A program made the translations under genes and the position numbers. From assembly GCF_963921235.1 (NCBI RefSeq), contig NC_086120.1:28830001-28894000 (forward strand): a DNA stretch of 64,000 nucleotides, written 5' to 3'. Positions within the stretch are counted from its first letter, which is position 1. Each line of letters begins with the position of its first letter. The notes under the pieces were generated by a model that worked only from the letters and a program-made list of their open reading frames with translations, was not told the origin of the DNA and ran no database searches. Source of the DNA: Mobula hypostoma. Its lineage: Eukaryota. This document shows, piece by piece, positions 60,559-64,000 of the stretch.

Positions 60559-63439
60559 AGGGGCATAGATAAGGTTGATAGTCGCAATGGTGGTTGAGAC
60601 AGGTACAATATCTAAGAGATATTTTAACAAGTACATGGACAGGAACTTTTTAAAAGAATGCAGACAAATGGGATTAACATAGATAGCCATCTTCAAGAGC
60701 ATGGATGATTTGGGCCAAAGCCCTGTTTCTGTCCTGTATAACTATGCATTAAGAATGTTCATAAGTCCATAGCTGCATGGGATTTCTTTATAATAAGGAA
60801 ACAACACTGCATGATTTGTCTCACCATTGTAATTAGTGTTGGATCATTTAAAAATTTGAGTAGTTGCACGATTTAAAGAAAATCTTTATGATTTATTACA
60901 ATTGAAAAGCTACTCAGTTCAGGTGCAAGAAATACACTTGACCTTGTATTTTACTATCAGTAAGGCTGTTTGACAAAACAATGTTGCCTCATCCAACATT
61001 ATTTCTCCCCAGATGTTCTAACTCATGTTAGATTATATCCCCATGACACCATTCTAGTACCTTACCATTCATATGAGCATGTTAATTGGTGAATTAGATT
61101 CAGCAACTGGATGCATGCAATCAAGAATAGGACCCTCGGAAACTTTTATCCTTCTGATGTAGTCCAGAACCTCTGAAGAATAATAGGGCCACTGTATACT
61201 TCTTTACATCCCAAACCATTGGATATTTTATATCCATCTCAGATCCAAGTGGTGAAAAAAAAAGAACAGTTAAAGTTACAACTCAAAAAGGACAATAAGC
61301 TTCCCAAAAGGGAGGTCCATCAAAAAAATGCCTAAAGTTATCAGATTTGTCTTTATATAATGACTTTGAACAAAAAAGTCTTAAGGAAACTTTAAAGCTT
61401 ATATGATTTCCATGAGCACTAAATAGTCCAGGCCTACTGGTCGCAGGAGAGAAAAGTCTGACATTTCATAGATTTTTCACACCTTTCCATTTTCAAGAGA
61501 CAAAAATACCTTTACAGACTGGTCCATTATATACTTAGCAGCTAACATTTGATTGTGCTTACATTACTATGAATTAGTGAAAATAATGCACAGGATACTG
61601 CAAACTGGGGTTTAATTCAAGTATCTGTAATCTAAATACTGTTAAGACCTGTGCTCGTTACAGTGGATCAGATTTAGGGAGAATATGGGAAAAGTTATGT
61701 TTATACAAAGACTGGCAAAACAGATAGTGTTAATCCTAGCATTGCATTTCTATGCAGATATTTTGGGGAAGATTTATCGCTGCCAATTTTCTGCCTTTAT
61801 TTCCTGAAGGTGTTGACTCAGTTGGGAATAAAGTTCCTGCACCTTGCTCAACTAACTGAATTTTACGCACGAGCATAACATTAACCCAATATTAACTGGG
61901 AAGAAGGCCCTACTTTGTCTGATCCTGTCCAAAGCTGATATCGCCATATGGTCATTCCACCAGGAATCTCTGTGAAACAACAGGGGCAGGAACTAGAGCT
62001 CATTTCCTACCTCTCCAGTAATGTGAAAAGGTGACTGGTTGTTAGAGTCTGACTGATGCCTTTAAATGTTACTCTCAATTACAAGGATCAACTCTACTTG
62101 TTGCTCCATCTCCAGGAGTAGCCATACATAATCATAATCTCAGAAGCAGGGAAAGTAGTCAGAATAGATGAATCCCTCAACAGCTTCATGCATGAAACTC
62201 TGAATACAACTTCTCCATACCAGAAGCAGTCTTACAAACAGGTTCTTTGTATTTAGTGCCCAAAGATTGGGAATACAGGACTGAAGAGCAATCAAAAATT
62301 GTAGAGCATCCCCTTCAATTGATGTCTCAGTTGCAAACATATAGATCCTTGGATATTACATGTTTCATATACATTCTAACCTGTTTAACACAATCAGTGT
62401 GCTGCCTAACTAACCACAGAAATACTATTTTACACAAAACTACAGGTTTACCCTTCGATTTCTGATAGCTTTGCTCAGAATATCACTGTGGTGACTGGCT
62501 CAGTGTCAAAGGTCTAAAGTTAAATATACAAAAGGAGAGAATAAAAAAAGGCAGGACAACTTAATCCAGAATGTTATAGAAAACTGAGATATGTTCACAA
62601 GCAAGACTATTGAAGTGATGGCTAAAGCGCATTCAAGAGGCAAGTGAGTGAATAAGTGAATTCAATTGAATAAGTGAGAAAGGATTGAGATCTGTGATGA
62701 TAATACACAGGGAGATTGAAATAATCCACTTGTAAGATAGCGTTTTTTCCTGTTCTTAATAATTCTTGTGTTAAAACGGTTTATGCCAATATTAGTCATA
62801 AAACTAAAAGTTTGACAAATGTATATTCATTGTGATTACATGAATGTTAAATGTTTTATCACATGCATTTTAATACTACATGGAAGGACCTAAAAAGAGC
62901 AAGCAAAACACAGCAAGATTCAATCCTAGTAGCATTAGTATTTGTCTAGAATGAAATTCTAAGGAGAAATTCAGTGATTTCATGCTCCCAGGGATTAGCT
63001 AAACTCACACATGCGTATATGAGAATTAATGTTGCAACTCCATCTTTATTGACCATCCACAGTGGTTTCAAACAAGCTTATTGGGAATATACTGTATGAA
63101 CACCTAACTAAACCAATAGTACCCAACTATGAAAAGCCCATGGCACTTTTAAGTTTAGAGTTTTTTTTAATATGCACTAGACTAAAGGAATATTGATTTT
63201 CTCCTGGGGTGAAATATATAAAACATATATTACTGTGCCCTTTTACAGAACTTATAATGAGATATAGTCTATTATTGAATGTATGATATGGCTCCTTCTT
63301 CCATGTTAACCCTAGATCAGGTAAAACAGCCTCTCTCACAAGAATATCTAAGTGAGAGACGTATTACGGAAAGGATGAAAAAAGGCTATACTGCATTACC
63401 CAATATTCACAGCGTGTAGATTTTGTCATTTCCATAGTC

Positions 63440-64000
63440 TTACCCTTTTGATTCAGTCTGATCAGCATCAATGTATTCCAATTCATCACAAACAAGTAAT
63501 GGTCTAGCACAGCTGGAGTTAGTATTCTCTAGTGGCATTGAATTATTGTTGCTGTTTGTCACAAGTGGGCTTGTATTGGTGATACTTGTAAGTGGAAGGT
63601 CAATATTGTTCAGAGCACCCTTTAGTTGTGGACCCCCTGACAATGGTGTTTTCACCTCCAGCTGTTGTTCCAAGTTGTTCAAAATGGTAGCTTCTGTTCT
63701 TCTTCTATTTTCACTTCCAGATGGTCGCAATAATATTGGCACATGACCTTTATAAATATTCCATGCAAGAAGTAGTATGAACATAATGATGAAAAGTACC
63801 AGGAAACCTTTCAGTGTTAATTCAGTTTGAAGGTTATCTTGTATCACAGGCAAGTTGCCCCTGCGAAGAGTATTGCCTGGTGAAGTTGGCACACTGGCTG
63901 ATTTAGCACCAACATCTGTCTTATTTAGAATGGGATATTGACCCACTCTAGGTTTATATGTAGATGAGTAGAGAAAATAACTTGCTGAGACTTGTGAAAG
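63440..64000 (-). CDS. Class-4 semaphorin-like (SEMA4D/SEMA4E type) C-terminal coding region: end of Ig domain, stalk, transmembrane helix and cytoplasmic tail; truncated by the window edge
   Basis: The frame is open from 64000 (LSQVSASYFLYS...). TM segment GFLVLFIIMFILLLAW is followed by NIYKGHVP (compare SEMA4D YNCYKGYLP), and the tail PLLVCDELEYIDAD resembles SEMA4D PFDVKCELKFADSD. Recognised from memory of the family, no search run. Confidence 0.7.
   Translation of the reverse strand, partial: LSQVSASYFLYSSTYKPRVGQYPILNKTDVGAKSASVPTSPGNTLRRGNLPVIQDNLQTELTLKGFLVLFIIMFILLLAWNIYKGHVPILLRPSGSENRRRTEATILNNLEQQLEVKTPLSGGPQLKGALNNIDLPLTSITNTSPLVTNSNNNSMPLENTNSSCARPLLVCDELEYIDADQTESKG

Larger units (their letters stand above)
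58430..60750 (+). mobile_element. Degenerate CR1 LINE with nested SINE and Penelope-like insertions
   Basis: TTCAGCAAGGTATTTGACAAAG (FSKVFDK), CTGGATCCTTTATTGTTT, CR1 3' tail. Confidence 0.75.

Noticed and set aside
1-64000. CRISPR arrays, operons or other prokaryotic systems
   Set aside because: No regularly spaced repeat-spacer arrays; spliced genes and LINE/SINE content show this is vertebrate DNA.

Overview
This is vertebrate genomic DNA, not prokaryotic. The repeat content (abundant CR1 and Rex1/Babar LINEs, HE1-like V-SINEs, Deu-type SINE remnants, Penelope-derived hairpins) points to a cartilaginous fish, probably a ray; that assignment is inference. The window holds one complete host gene on the minus strand, COPE (coatomer epsilon), with 10 coding exons at 41872->7473, 301 aa, all GT-AG introns and a CpG-rich YY1/NRF1/ETS promoter. 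At the right edge is the last coding part of a class-4 semaphorin-like gene (SEMA4D/4E type, minus strand). Most of the rest is transposable elements. COPE intron 7 contains a near-intact full-length L1 inserted at exactly the same TT/AAAA site as an older, different L1. The most unusual signal is a family of short fold-back elements flanked by 13-15 bp target-site duplications. They carry a minimal type-I hammerhead ribozyme motif (CUGANGA...GAAAC-GUC) in their inverted arms, typical of Penelope-like retroelements, and each copy has its own mirrored variants. Also present are a Harbinger deletion derivative, a Tc1-type MITE, hAT MITEs, tRNA-derived SINEs and a possible RTE-derived short element. 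TE boundaries without TSDs are approximate.
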